Virus record (IMG/VR): IMGVR_UViG_3300031454_000006
Location: 1-50,058 of that record
Origin: a virus
Lineage: Duplodnaviria; Caudoviricetes
DNA: 50,058 nucleotides
Direction: 5' to 3' (one strand)
The translations under genes were made by a program, and so were the position numbers. Shown piece after piece: positions 9,301-18,197 of this stretch. Below the pieces are notes generated by a model. The model did no database searches and was not told the origin of the DNA. It was given only the letters and a program-made list of their open reading frames with translations. Each line of letters begins with the position of its first letter. The stretch's first letter is position 1.

Positions 9301-11186
9301 ATAATCGGCGCGAGTGCGGCGATGCCCCCAGCCGCCGCGACTGCTCCGGAAATCGCGCCGAAGGCGGCAATCAAACCGCTGATGCCCGCAGCGACCGCGC
9401 CGACAGCAATCAAAACCGGCGCAATCGCCGCGACCAATGCCGTGAAAACGACAATTCCCGTCTGCACCGTCGGCGGCAGTTGAGAAAACGCACCGCCGAT
9501 TTGGGCAACAACTTGCGTCGCCAGTTGAACAGCATCAGTCAACGGCGTTTTTATATTTTCGTAAGCGTCAATGCCGATTGTTTCGAGTTGAGACTTGAAA
9601 GCGTCCCACGCGCCGCCCAATCCTTTTGTTTTTGCCGCCGCTAATTCCGCTGCCGCGCCGACTTCAGTTACCGCGCCCTTCATTTTATTGAATCCGGCTT
9701 CACCTTCGGTAAAAAGAATTTGCGCCGCCCGTATTGCGTCCGCGCCGAAAATGTTGTTTAAAGCCTGCGCCTTCTGTTCATCGGTTAATCCGGTAAGTGC
9801 TTTGTCGAATTGCCCGATGATGTCCGGCAACGCTTTCATTTTGCCCTGCGCGTCGAATACCTGCACGCCTAAATTCTTCATCGCGTCGGCGGCATTGTCG
9901 GTTGGCGATTGAAGCCGTTGAATAAATGTCTTTAGCGACGTTCCGGCGTCAGAGCCTTTGATACCGGCATTTGCCATTATGGAAATAGCTGAAGTTAAAT
10001 CTTCAATCGGAATTTTTGCGCCCGCAAAAATTGCCGATGCTTGCTGCATCGCTTCGGCAATGTCGCCGACCTCCGCACTTGAAGCATTTGAAGCCGCCGC
10101 CAATAAATCGGCGACGCGAACCGTATCGATTGCTTGCAGCTTGAAGGAGTTCAGCGCATTTGCCGCAATTTCCGCCGCCCGCGCTTCGTCAATCTGACCT
10201 GCCGCCGCAAGCTGTAAAACGCCTTTCGATGCCGCCATTGCTTGGTTAGCCGAAAGCCCCGCTTTGCCGAGTTCGGTCATTGCCAGTGCTGCGTCTTTGG
10301 CGCTCGTCGCTGGCAAGGTAATGTCTGCGCCGAGCCTTTTTGCCGTGTTTGCTGCCGCTGCCATCTCGTCGTTTGTGGCTTTTGTAACGGCTTGGAAAGT
10401 ATTTAGAGCTTTTTCGTATTCAGCGCCCGCGCTGATAATGCTGTAAGCCGCCGCCGCAATCGGCGCTGTAATTCCAATTGCGGCGGTCTGCCCGGCATTT
10501 CTTATCCCTTGTCCGGCTGAATTGAGCTTGCCGCCTAGTTTGGAAAAAGAAAATCTGTTTCGAGTTTCGGCTTGCGCTATCCGGTTTTTATCGCGTTCGG
10601 CGCGCGCGAAATCGGCTACCTGCCGCCGCCGCGCTGCGTCTTCGGCTCGCGCGACGGCTTGCGCGTTTCTAATCTCGAACTGCGCCGACTGTTGGGCAAG
10701 CCGTTCTCTTTGAATCGCCGTTTGTTGCGCGGCTCTCTGTTTGGCAAGTTCGGTTTTTTCCGCCGCCCTTTGTTTTTCCAGTCCGGTTTTTATTTCAAAC
10801 TGCGCCGATTGCTGATTGATTTTTTGCTGAACCGCCGCCGTTTGAGCGACTACTTTTTGTTTTTCCAGGTCGATTTTTTGCGCCGATTGCGCCGATTGTC
10901 GGTCAAGCCGTTCTCTGACCTGGCTTGTTTGCGCCGCCAGCCTTTGTTCCTGCAAAGCGGTTGCCTGCGCGAACTTTTCCCGCTCTCTTGCAATTCTTTG
11001 AACTTCGGCTAATTGTTGTTTGTTAAGAGTGTTGAATTGAGTAAATTCAGCGGTCGAGACTTTGCCGCCCATCAATTTTTTTTGAGCCGCTTCGAGGCGA
11101 GACAACTGTTTTACGCCTTCATCGACGGCGCTTTTCAGCCGTTTAATGTCGCCGCCGAATTCAATTGTAACTTTGTTGTTTGCCAA
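6315..11186 (-). CDS. Tail tape measure protein (TP901 family)
   Basis: 1623 aa, Ala-rich and coiled-coil; GIKGSDAGTSLK, IFGADA and HSPSR motifs; TTG start. Confidence 0.95.
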   Translation of the reverse strand: MANNKVTIEFGGDIKRLKSAVDEGVKQLSRLEAAQKKLMGGKVSTAEFTQFNTLNKQQLAEVQRIAREREKFAQATALQEQRLAAQTSQVRERLDRQSAQSAQKIDLEKQKVVAQTAAVQQKINQQSAQFEIKTGLEKQRAAEKTELAKQRAAQQTAIQRERLAQQSAQFEIRNAQAVARAEDAARRRQVADFARAERDKNRIAQAETRNRFSFSKLGGKLNSAGQGIRNAGQTAAIGITAPIAAAAYSIISAGAEYEKALNTFQAVTKATNDEMAAAANTAKRLGADITLPATSAKDAALAMTELGKAGLSANQAMAASKGVLQLAAAGQIDEARAAEIAANALNSFKLQAIDTVRVADLLAAASNASSAEVGDIAEAMQQASAIFAGAKIPIEDLTSAISIMANAGIKGSDAGTSLKTFIQRLQSPTDNAADAMKNLGVQVFDAQGKMKALPDIIGQFDKALTGLTDEQKAQALNNIFGADAIRAAQILFTEGEAGFNKMKGAVTEVGAAAELAAAKTKGLGGAWDAFKSQLETIGIDAYENIKTPLTDAVQLATQVVAQIGGAFSQLPPTVQTGIVVFTALVAAIAPVLIAVGAVAAGISGLIAAFGAISGAVAAAGGIAALAPIILGVVAVIGVLAVAAVALYEAWANNFGNIQGVVSVFIGMVSASFNSLLSIVQPAVDAVSSYVTEGFNQISEWWATNGAAINEAATTVYATLLTIVREALDAIKDFWASNGAWITSYTTEIWNAVKVTIGGALEVIGGLIKVAAAVINGDWSAVWSGLNSIVNGALHAVAGVIAAGLILVVGAVRAGLAGIWALAGFILQQAYDLGAAVVTGIINGIKAGVGAIASAAWDLGKRAINAIGEAVDSHSPSREAHKIGAFVGDGLANGIESKTERVKKAAKKLGDETIKQLREAVKEFEKLAGASPQQVGRIQQADTIKNATGNQSEIIKLRGELGVNQYRNLPTTVSGTDRELKDLQAKKAAQDDFNKSLEELAGIRQEVQQLEAESQKSLEDKIKSIKESGALELLKLQEEIDLTGVAGQKERERITNLYEIKNLREQMYNDGYGQQAIDDAAQVLRLEQGRRQELEYILNIRKQVAGATDLGTGLTDKLSGLQNGNREISEYEKTLSKINTDYKDISPAQRESLLNTAKQVDAQKAYNEQYKQTYDFIRGSFDILTEKGKSFGDKMKSIFGGIADKFKKMLLDMASQWLTNKVMGGSSSSGGGGIGGIIKNFLGGGQSSGSSSGGGVGGIIQSFLGGGSSGGGGITFGLGGTGSTGTRPRIAGQSGSQSPLSGLFSAEGISSAIASGGITAAIMLAQVALSTHSPLVGAATGGVIGFLSATLRRNARRKSEEKQRTQFLQDGINGLSGFDTIIQAVRSLHLDPASGLLQGKTLGDSLHASYIQQANTLKDKKTRNIALKSVSELDFRIREKMDLLEAVAKKSASVKDLEGHIVGEFARGNYFGGGRDDQTRDMRRNLDMRRGYINGGQLGVDRHLGLFADGEIIANLDHQRRIIEAAGFDVFASAGIPNYPGKPQPVKGYAEGNYFGTSAITPIAAPNSSSVIVKDERPINVTVNVEQDSFGRWKAHAESDSGQKVTTNVVEKKYANSELRLQKR

Positions 11187-11295
11187 AAAGAAAATGCCTC
11201 ACCAATTCGCAGGTCTGCGAAACTTTTAATTGAACCAATGTGGAATTGAAACGCCAATTGTGCAGTTGCAATCGGGTTCTGTGCATTTAATTGTG

Positions 11296-11697
11296 TTACT
11301 CATTCTTAAAATGCGCCTTGATAAATTGCTGGTGGCGGACGGAAAAAAGCATATTTAACTGTTTTTCGGCGTGTCGCCACGCAATAACCAATTCAAACAA
11401 CTCCGGTTCGTGAAAATCCCAATCCGTTGCAAATCCGGCGTTTTGCTCGTCGATAATTTGCTCGGTCTGCCATACCAACGATTCAACTTCGTCAGCAATC
11501 GAATCGTCCGCGATGCCCGGTTTTGTCGGCAACAGCTCACATCCGCCGCAGGCGTCAAGACCGTTGCCCGTTTCGCTTTTTGCGACTTGAAACATTCCGC
11601 AATTGTCTTCACCGGGACAACGGGAACCGCCGCCGCCCGCCGATTCGCCCGCTTCTTCAAATATCCTGCGCCTGATGCTTTCAGACGCTTCCGCTAT
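11296..11697 (-). CDS. Tail assembly chaperone T portion (-1 frameshift extension)
   Basis: The -1 frame is open from the slippery site at 11697 into ORF 11296..11595 (102 nt, in frame, no stop). Confidence 0.85.
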   Translation of the reverse strand: MAEASESIRRRIFEEAGESAGGGGSRCPGEDNCGMFQVAKSETGNGLDACGGCELLPTKPGIADDSIADEVESLVWQTEQIIDEQNAGFATDWDFHEPELFELVIAWRHAEKQLNMLFSVRHQQFIKAHFKNE

Positions 11698-12386
11698 TTT
11701 TTTGCGGTAATCCCCGCCGAGAAAATAAAATCAATGACCTTTTCCTTGTGCCACAAAGGAACGCGCCCGGCGTAACCTTCCGCCTGCCGCAACTGCATTT
11801 TGTCGTAAATCCTGCCTTTTTTCTCAGCCAGCGCGGGCATAGCGATTTCCGCGCTTTCAAGACCTTTTGTTTTTGCGCCTAACGGAATTTTCTGCATTTG
11901 GCGATAGGCTTTTACGTCGTCAACGGTTTTCTTTCTCAAGAAATGCTTTCCTTCTGCTGTTTCTCGATTAAAATACGCTTCGGTGATAACCGATTTTTCG
12001 GTTTGTCCCCAGACGAGCGGTGCGGCGTAAGCGGCAACGGCTAAAAATCGAGCAACCATCGGCGTTTTTATCTGGTCGCCGTCCAGCTCGTCCTTCCAGT
12101 TTGCGGGTTTCTCGCCGGGAATGCCGCGCACGTCAGAAACCGTATCGTCAAAAAGCAGAACCAAACTTTCGGCGTTATCGCTATAAGCGTTTTCGCCGTT
12201 ATCTACAACCTTGAATTTTGATTTGCGGTCATATTCGGCATAACGCTCGTCGTGCAACGGCTCGAAATCCGCTTCGATTTCAACGTCTTCCACCAATCCG
12301 CTAAAAGCAATTGTTTGCCGTGCATCGGCGTCATACAAAATTACTTCCTTGTCATACAAAATCGTTTCATTATTTTCTTCTGTCAT
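11694..12386 (-). CDS. Tail assembly chaperone G
   Basis: Between tail tube and tape measure genes; ends GCA AAA AAA TAG. Confidence 0.85.
   Translation of the reverse strand: MTEENNETILYDKEVILYDADARQTIAFSGLVEDVEIEADFEPLHDERYAEYDRKSKFKVVDNGENAYSDNAESLVLLFDDTVSDVRGIPGEKPANWKDELDGDQIKTPMVARFLAVAAYAAPLVWGQTEKSVITEAYFNRETAEGKHFLRKKTVDDVKAYRQMQKIPLGAKTKGLESAEIAMPALAEKKGRIYDKMQLRQAEGYAGRVPLWHKEKVIDFIFSAGITAKK
11697..11703 (-). promoter_or_regulatory. Programmed -1 frameshift heptamer A AAA AAA
   Basis: Seven A directly before the TAG stop at the canonical G/GT position. Confidence 0.85.
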
Positions 12387-12410
12387 TTCAATCTCCCGTA
12401 ATAGATAAGA

Positions 12411-12480
12411 CGCTTCGAGAAAGGATTCTCACCTTCATATCGTCCACCAGTTACGGCTGACGGCATCGCGCCTCGAAGCG
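12411..12480 (-). ncRNA. Candidate tRNA-like structured RNA element with a T-loop
   Basis: 9-bp closing stem CGCUUCGAG/CUCGAAGCG, internal hairpin, and arm GAAGG-UGAGAAU-CCUUU abutting the 3' strand. Confidence 0.45.
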
Positions 12481-12507
12481 ATAAAGATTGCGCGAAATCT
12501 ATTCTTT

Positions 12508-13641
12508 TTAGCTGCCGACGTAAGTATTAAAATCGGCGACGTTCGTGATTAATTCCAGACTAAACGGCGTCGTGTTGCCCGATGCCAGCGGCTCGGTTAC
12601 AATCCGAATTCCCTGTGTGCCGCCTTCGACTTCGACCCATTCGACTGAGGCAATAACCGCCCGGCTTAAACCGAACGTCGCTTTGTGCGTCTCCGCGCCC
12701 GATATAACCGGACCGGTGTAGGCGGTTTTTAATGAAAATTTCGTTCCCGCTTTCATTCGTCCGTGGACGTTAAAGGCTTGCAGTAAATCCGCATCGGCGA
12801 GGACGGTGATTTCATATGCTATCGTTTGTCCGGTCGAATCGGCGCTGCCGGCAATTGCCCCTTTCGATACGTCGTCGTCCTGAAAACGGGCGCAGCCTTC
12901 GTAATTGACGTTCAGATTCTCGGTAATCGTCGCGCTGATGCCGCGCACCAGACAGTTTGTGCCGATTGGAGTTCCCGCGTATTCGGCTTGCGGGTAAATT
13001 GTCGTCAAGCCGGAGCGCTTGTTAATCGGTGTTTCGTTTATCTCGCCCGCCGCCGTTCCTTTAACGTGCTTGCCCGCTCCGTAAAACTGAATCCCTGACG
13101 GCTCGGTAAGCTGCCCTGAACCCGTCCACTCGCTCGCGAGCTGTAAATTAGGTTTATCTCCGCCGTCGGAGATGGCAAAGCTGCTGTAGGTCATCGACGG
13201 AAAAAGCGCGTCGTATATCGAGTTGGTGGAGACGGCAGGCTCGGCAACCTTAGACGCCAGCGGACGAGAAGGCAGCGCCGCACCGACGAACGGGTCGATA
13301 AGCGAGAAAAGATGTTTCCACACGGTATTTGCGATAAGAGCGACAGGAGTTGCCGTAACGCCGAACGCGTCATTGGCGCGCAGACCGAGCAGTTGAAAGG
13401 TGAGCTGCTCCTGCGCCGAAAACGATGAACTGTCCTTGTCCTTCGTCGTTTTATCGGGCAATGCCAGACCGGTCGATTCACCGGCGTTATTGACGTTCGG
13501 CGACTCGAATCCGGCTTTGGCGTAACCGTCTTTAACGATAAACCGCCAGTTGTTCGGCAAGTTTGCCGCTTGGTTCTGGTAATCGGTCTGGTGCGGTCCG
13601 AACGCGAAAATAGATTGCTTGCTTGAATATCTTTTTCCCAT
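12508..13641 (-). CDS. Major tail (tube) protein
   Basis: 377 aa beta-rich protein upstream of the frameshifted chaperones; positional call. Confidence 0.75.
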   Translation of the reverse strand: MGKRYSSKQSIFAFGPHQTDYQNQAANLPNNWRFIVKDGYAKAGFESPNVNNAGESTGLALPDKTTKDKDSSSFSAQEQLTFQLLGLRANDAFGVTATPVALIANTVWKHLFSLIDPFVGAALPSRPLASKVAEPAVSTNSIYDALFPSMTYSSFAISDGGDKPNLQLASEWTGSGQLTEPSGIQFYGAGKHVKGTAAGEINETPINKRSGLTTIYPQAEYAGTPIGTNCLVRGISATITENLNVNYEGCARFQDDDVSKGAIAGSADSTGQTIAYEITVLADADLLQAFNVHGRMKAGTKFSLKTAYTGPVISGAETHKATFGLSRAVIASVEWVEVEGGTQGIRIVTEPLASGNTTPFSLELITNVADFNTYVGS

Positions 13642-14063
13642 TACTGTTTATCTCCTTTGATTCGAGCGGTAGATTTTGCCGTTTCACTTTCGGTGATATG
13701 ACTGATTCCGGGCGCGTCCATACCGGCGGTTGCGCCGGATTTTGTTTCGAGAATCGCATCGGCAAGCGGTTCTTTGAGAAGCGAATCGGCGCCGCCGATA
13801 TGCAGTTTTTCCGCCTGCTTGACGAGTTCTTTTTTCGGTTCCGCCATCAGCGCGGCTTTTTCTTCCGCCGCTTCGACTTTCGCTTTTTCTTCCGGCGTTT
13901 CGGGAATCTCGCGGACAAGCTTATATGCGCCGTCCATCATCTCCGAGAGCGCCACCTCGACGCCCGCGCCGGAGAGTTCGAGTTTTTCGCCCGCCTTATT
14001 GTTAAAAACCCGGTCGCCGACGCGCCGGTTAATTTCCTTCTCTGCCATCACTTCAAATTTCAT
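13641..14063 (-). CDS. Hypothetical protein with Rho-N/HeH-like helical motif
   Basis: KKELVKQAEKLHIGGADSLLKEPLADAIL; coupled to next gene. Confidence 0.55.
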   Translation of the reverse strand: MKFEVMAEKEINRRVGDRVFNNKAGEKLELSGAGVEVALSEMMDGAYKLVREIPETPEEKAKVEAAEEKAALMAEPKKELVKQAEKLHIGGADSLLKEPLADAILETKSGATAGMDAPGISHITESETAKSTARIKGDKQ

Positions 14064-14101
14064 AAATTTTCCCCTTCAATGCGCCTTTTCTGTGCTGTTA
14101 A

Positions 14102-14584
14102 TTACAAACCGATTGTTCTCCGGGCGCGAGCGAGAAGCTGTTCGTTTGCCGCGTCGCGCTGACCCACGCCCACATATAAATTGCAGCCCGCGTAATCGGC
14201 TCCGTCCACCACGTCGCCGCCGTTGTCGAATCCTAAGACCTGCGAGAACTCGCATCTGTCGCCCATCGTCGAATCGTCCCAAAACCACTGCGCTATTGCT
14301 TCTGAAATTTCCGCCGCTTTTTCGAGCGCCGGAATTCGGTTCGTCCCATCCTTGTCTTGAATAAAAGCGCGGACAATAATACTTAAAGCGGCGTCTCGTA
14401 TCTCCATCTTCCCGGTCGGCGACGGGACAATCGCGCCCGCCGCGAAACCCACCCAAACGCCTTCGGTTTGCCGTCTGTCTAAATCGCGAAACGGATTATC
14501 GAAAACTCCGGCGGACGCGAAAACCGGATGCCCGGCGGTTTTGCCCTTCAAAAACTCATAAACTTTCGCTTCGACCGTCATCAT
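14102..14584 (-). CDS. Probable tail terminator
   Basis: Size and position after the HK97 gp10-like gene. Confidence 0.55.
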   Translation of the reverse strand: MMTVEAKVYEFLKGKTAGHPVFASAGVFDNPFRDLDRRQTEGVWVGFAAGAIVPSPTGKMEIRDAALSIIVRAFIQDKDGTNRIPALEKAAEISEAIAQWFWDDSTMGDRCEFSQVLGFDNGGDVVDGADYAGCNLYVGVGQRDAANEQLLARARRTIGL

Positions 14585-15075
14585 AATCTTTTCTCGATTT
14601 CCTGCTCCAGCTTGTTCGCCAATTCGGTTTCCATTCGCTTTAACGCGCGCGCGTCATACGGATTCGCCCGCTGACCTTTTATCGAGCGGACGAAAATGAA
14701 GCCGTCTTTTGCGCTTCGCAGTCGCGCTGGGCTTAATCCTTTCAAATTGGCGACGGGAATTTTCAGGAATTTTCCTTTTTTCGGAAAAATTCGCTTTTTA
14801 TTTTTGCCGTAAACGCCCGTCCCTTCCGCTACGCCGACGGCGTAGTCGAACCCGTCGGGCGAAAGTCGGGAAACGGTATATTCAATGCCCTCGCCGGTTA
14901 ATTTGAATGAAACGCCTTCGCTTCGGAGCTTGCCTTCAGCTTCGGGAATCTCGCTTTGGATAATCTTTTTTCCGTCGGGCGCAACCGCTTCAAACGATTG
15001 GCGAATCACGCCCGGCAATTTGGCGATCAAGCCGTCGAGAAACGAGCTTTCGATTTTTACGGACACGTCAATCAT
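14581..15075 (-). CDS. HK97 gp10-like tail completion protein
   Basis: P...GKLRS, YAVGVAEGTG and SIKGQRANPY motifs. Confidence 0.75.
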   Translation of the reverse strand: MIDVSVKIESSFLDGLIAKLPGVIRQSFEAVAPDGKKIIQSEIPEAEGKLRSEGVSFKLTGEGIEYTVSRLSPDGFDYAVGVAEGTGVYGKNKKRIFPKKGKFLKIPVANLKGLSPARLRSAKDGFIFVRSIKGQRANPYDARALKRMETELANKLEQEIEKRL

Positions 15076-15539
15076 TACCAGATAATTTGAACCGGACAGC
15101 TTTCGGTGTATTCAAAGACGGAATCGACAAACCCGTCGCCGTCCCTATCCGCGAACGGCGCATAAGCCGAAATCATTTCTTTCGCCGTGTTCCAATGCGC
15201 CGCCTGCTTTTCGACGATTTCCTTCGGCGACAAATATCGCATCACGGTGTTGCCTTCGTTCTGCGCGCTTAAAATAATTCCGTTTTCGGTTAAATAAGTG
15301 TTGAGATTCGGCAGGGCGAAATACATCACAAGCTCGATTGCCGCCGCCTTTAGGATTTCTGCCTGGTCGGCGTTTCCCGGTGCGTTCAAGTTCGCCTCTG
15401 CCCATACCGTATCTCGAACCCAGCTTTCCAGCTTGGCGAGCGCGGCGATAACGTAGCGGTCAAAACGCTGGGCGTCGATTTTGCTTTTCGCCGAAATGTC
15501 GAACGATTCGACCACCTCGCCGCTTGTAATTAAAGGCAT
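15075..15539 (-). CDS. Head-tail adaptor
   Basis: Helical 154 aa with LKAAAIELV; position after capsid gene. Confidence 0.6.
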   Translation of the reverse strand: MPLITSGEVVESFDISAKSKIDAQRFDRYVIAALAKLESWVRDTVWAEANLNAPGNADQAEILKAAAIELVMYFALPNLNTYLTENGIILSAQNEGNTVMRYLSPKEIVEKQAAHWNTAKEMISAYAPFADRDGDGFVDSVFEYTESCPVQIIW

Positions 15540-15833
15540 TTATTTAATCGCCCGGATTTGTTTAAGCGTCGCCGGTCCGATACCGTTAATCGCCAGAATT
15601 TCATCGTCCGACATTGCGGCTAATAGTTCCGGCGTCATTCCTTCGACCTGACCTAAAATCTCGTAGCCCGGATAATCTTTGGGAAATGCGCCGGTTGATT
15701 GCTCCGCTTGAGCCGGTTCGGCGTTTTGCGCTCGTTTAATAAGTTCGGCGTCGGCGTCCGTAACGAAAGCCTCGCCTTTGAAAAATACTTTGCCGTCGAT
15801 ATGAAGTGTTTCTTTTAATATTACTTGTGCCAT
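15540..15833 (-). CDS. Small helix-hairpin-helix protein
   Basis: MSDDEILAINGIGPATLKQI HhH motif. Confidence 0.7.
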   Translation of the reverse strand: MAQVILKETLHIDGKVFFKGEAFVTDADAELIKRAQNAEPAQAEQSTGAFPKDYPGYEILGQVEGMTPELLAAMSDDEILAINGIGPATLKQIRAIK

Positions 15834-15858
15834 TGTCTCTTTACCTCAAAATTGAATG

Positions 15859-15889
15859 TTCGGGCGCGACCTGAATAATCGCGCCCGAA
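15859..15889 (-). terminator. 11-bp hairpin after capsid gene (terminator or mRNA stabiliser)
   Basis: TTCGGGCGCGA / TCGCGCCCGAA; U-tract weak. Confidence 0.55.
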
Positions 15890-15894
15890 GCTGT

Positions 15895-16965
15895 TTAACT
15901 AATCGAACCGACTGTCGATGTCGCGTCCGGGTCCTGCAGGACCGGAGCAGAAGTCTGCCAGCCCTGCCCGTCAACGCGCGGCGGTTTATCTTCTTTGGCT
16001 TGAAGCAGAATGCGTCTGCCGGGCGCGGATTGACCGGCAGCGCGTCCGACGCCGACATAGCCGAGCGTATCAGACAAATTGATTTTTTCCTCTCCGGCAT
16101 CAACCGTCTGGTCTCTGCCGGTCGTGCAGATGAAGGTCATCGCATTGCGCGGGTAAAACCACCGGGTTACATCGTTTTGCAGCTGGTACGTTAAATCGTA
16201 GGTTTCAATCGGCGGCAAATCGTTTGACGCCATATACTCGGCAAGCTTGGCGAGCGAGACCATTCCCGCGCCGTCCGAACGTCCTAAAACCGCATTGCGA
16301 ACATTCGGATTGCGCTGAACAATCGTTCTCACGTTATTGCTCGTTACAATGCGATTGACGACAAAGCCCTTGTCGCGAAGCAGCTGCACGCGCGGAAGAA
16401 TATCAGCCTCGAACGGGTCGTTCGCCGGGTTTGACCACTGCACGGTCGCATTGGCGCGCTGTCCGGTGAAATTCGGATAGTTGACCGTTTCGAGATAGCC
16501 GTTATCGCCCTTGCGAATGATTTGACCGGCGCAGATTGCTCCCCATCGCTGCCGCTCGTTATGCTCGACAAGCGCCAGGTTAATGGTTGCGTCCGCCCAG
16601 GCACGAACAAAATCCGATGCCGGGTCTAAGCCCGAAGCCGTCGCCAGCATATCGAGCAGGGCGTCATAGTCTTCCGACGTAATATCCGAGCCGATGTCAG
16701 ATTCGCCGAGTTCGACAAGGACGGAAGACGTTAATTTGCCGTCTTTTTTCTGAACGGGCGAGTAACGCGTGCCGTCATTGGCGACGATGGTTCGGAAACG
16801 GATCGAGGACTCGCGGAAAATGTTTTTCGGAACGAGTTTTTCCGGCAAAAGCGTCGCGCCCAAGTAAAGACGAGCGCCCACGCCGAACTGTGCCAGAGCG
16901 TTGACGGCAATTAAGGCTAAGTCGCCGGTTGCCGCCAGATTTTTAAGTAGTGTTGCTAAATCCAT
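15895..16965 (-). CDS. Major capsid protein (lambda gpE-like)
   Basis: 356 aa after scaffold and decoration genes; WSNPANDPFEADI and LPPIETYD motifs. Confidence 0.85.
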   Translation of the reverse strand: MDLATLLKNLAATGDLALIAVNALAQFGVGARLYLGATLLPEKLVPKNIFRESSIRFRTIVANDGTRYSPVQKKDGKLTSSVLVELGESDIGSDITSEDYDALLDMLATASGLDPASDFVRAWADATINLALVEHNERQRWGAICAGQIIRKGDNGYLETVNYPNFTGQRANATVQWSNPANDPFEADILPRVQLLRDKGFVVNRIVTSNNVRTIVQRNPNVRNAVLGRSDGAGMVSLAKLAEYMASNDLPPIETYDLTYQLQNDVTRWFYPRNAMTFICTTGRDQTVDAGEEKINLSDTLGYVGVGRAAGQSAPGRRILLQAKEDKPPRVDGQGWQTSAPVLQDPDATSTVGSIS

Positions 16966-16970
16966 AATGT

Positions 16971-17363
16971 TTATTCAACCCCCGTTTCTGTAATGTAGAG
17001 GCTGCGAATTTTGGCTTTGATTGCCGCGCTCATCGTTTGAAAAGCCGGCAGGAAGTTTTCCTTGACGACACGTCCCGGACGATAAAGTTCGACATCGTTG
17101 TTTTTCGCCGCGTCGTAAATATCCCGCGCCGTCAGAAGCATTTCGTCGTCGGCATCCGCCGCCAAGCCGAACGGAGCGTTTGCATCTCTTTCGATAAAGG
17201 TTCTCCCGACAGGCGTTCCCGACGGGACGAATTTTCTGCCGTCAGCGAGTGCCGCAACAGTTGCGGCGTCAACTTTAGCGGGAAACGGAACGAGTGAATC
17301 CGCGCCGATAAAATCCCCCGCCCAACGCGCGGTCGTCGCCGCTCTTGTATATTCAAATTTCAT
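16971..17363 (-). CDS. Head decoration protein
   Basis: DGRKFVPSGTPVG motif; directly upstream of capsid gene. Confidence 0.75.
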   Translation of the reverse strand: MKFEYTRAATTARWAGDFIGADSLVPFPAKVDAATVAALADGRKFVPSGTPVGRTFIERDANAPFGLAADADDEMLLTARDIYDAAKNNDVELYRPGRVVKENFLPAFQTMSAAIKAKIRSLYITETGVE

Positions 17364-17373
17364 AAGACTCCTT

Positions 17374-18096
17374 CTAAGTTTTGTTAGTCATCGCTTTGAG
17401 CGTTCCCGCATATCGGCTGTTAATGGTCGCCTGAGCCGCCGGAATCGTTTTCCCGTCGTTGGCTGACCTTTGACCGGCAAGCTGAACGCCGTCCTTTTTC
17501 TGCTCGGCGGCGAAAGTGTCGGCAAATTCCTTGAAATAACCGTCGGTTTTTAGAAAATCGTCTACCTTTATTTTCGTATTGTCCGCGCCTAATACCTGCC
17601 AGACGTCCGTATCTTTTTCGTCGATTTTTTCGGTGGTTTTTTCAAACTTTAAGTTTTTATCTTTTGCGGCGAGAACGAAACGATTGTTAAAACCGTAAGT
17701 CTTTGCCACTTCGTCGATAACCTTTTCGCCTTTCAATCCGTCGATTTCGCTCTGCAAATCCGCTTTGGCGGTTTTTAAGGTCGGCATCTCGCCCGCGACA
17801 AGTCCGGCTTCTTTTGCCGCTTCGCCTAATTCGGCAACGTCTTCGGCGACGAGTTTTTGACCGGTTGGAATTCGGGCTTTGCCTTTCCATTCCGTCGCCT
17901 GGGCGTCCGCCGCTTCTTTGGCGGCTTCGGCTTCTTCGGCTCTGGTTAAAAGCGTCGCGTTTTTGCCGAGCAGCTCCTTGTTCTTTTTGATAACGCCGTC
18001 GCCGTTGATTTCAAATTTCCCTTCGACTTCTTTTGCTTCGCTGCGAAGGTTTTCGGGAAACTCGTCCCGACTGTCGGCTATAATTTTTATTGACAT
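17374..18096 (-). CDS. Capsid scaffolding protein
   Basis: Charged coiled-coil; KKNKELL motif; position. Confidence 0.75.
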   Translation of the reverse strand: MSIKIIADSRDEFPENLRSEAKEVEGKFEINGDGVIKKNKELLGKNATLLTRAEEAEAAKEAADAQATEWKGKARIPTGQKLVAEDVAELGEAAKEAGLVAGEMPTLKTAKADLQSEIDGLKGEKVIDEVAKTYGFNNRFVLAAKDKNLKFEKTTEKIDEKDTDVWQVLGADNTKIKVDDFLKTDGYFKEFADTFAAEQKKDGVQLAGQRSANDGKTIPAAQATINSRYAGTLKAMTNKT

Positions 18097-18144
18097 TTCG
18101 GCTTTGCCTCGTATGTTTTCCGCTTAGCGGTTTTGGTTGAATTT

Positions 18145-18197
18145 AAAACAAAAAGCCCGCCAAAAACGCAGGACTTAAATCCTTGAGTTTGGCGAGC
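18145..18197 (-). terminator. Intrinsic terminator-like hairpin in the scaffold leader
   Basis: GCUCGCCAAA...UUUGGCGGGC followed by UUUUUGUUUU. Confidence 0.6.

Noticed and set aside
12411-12480. Genuine tRNA gene
   Set aside because: No canonical D-arm, 7-nt anticodon loop, UUC T-loop or CCA; kept only as tRNA-like.
407-17900. Many plus-strand and nested ORFs in the structural region
   Set aside because: Shadows of long minus-strand genes, with Arg/Pro/Ser-biased composition and no motifs.
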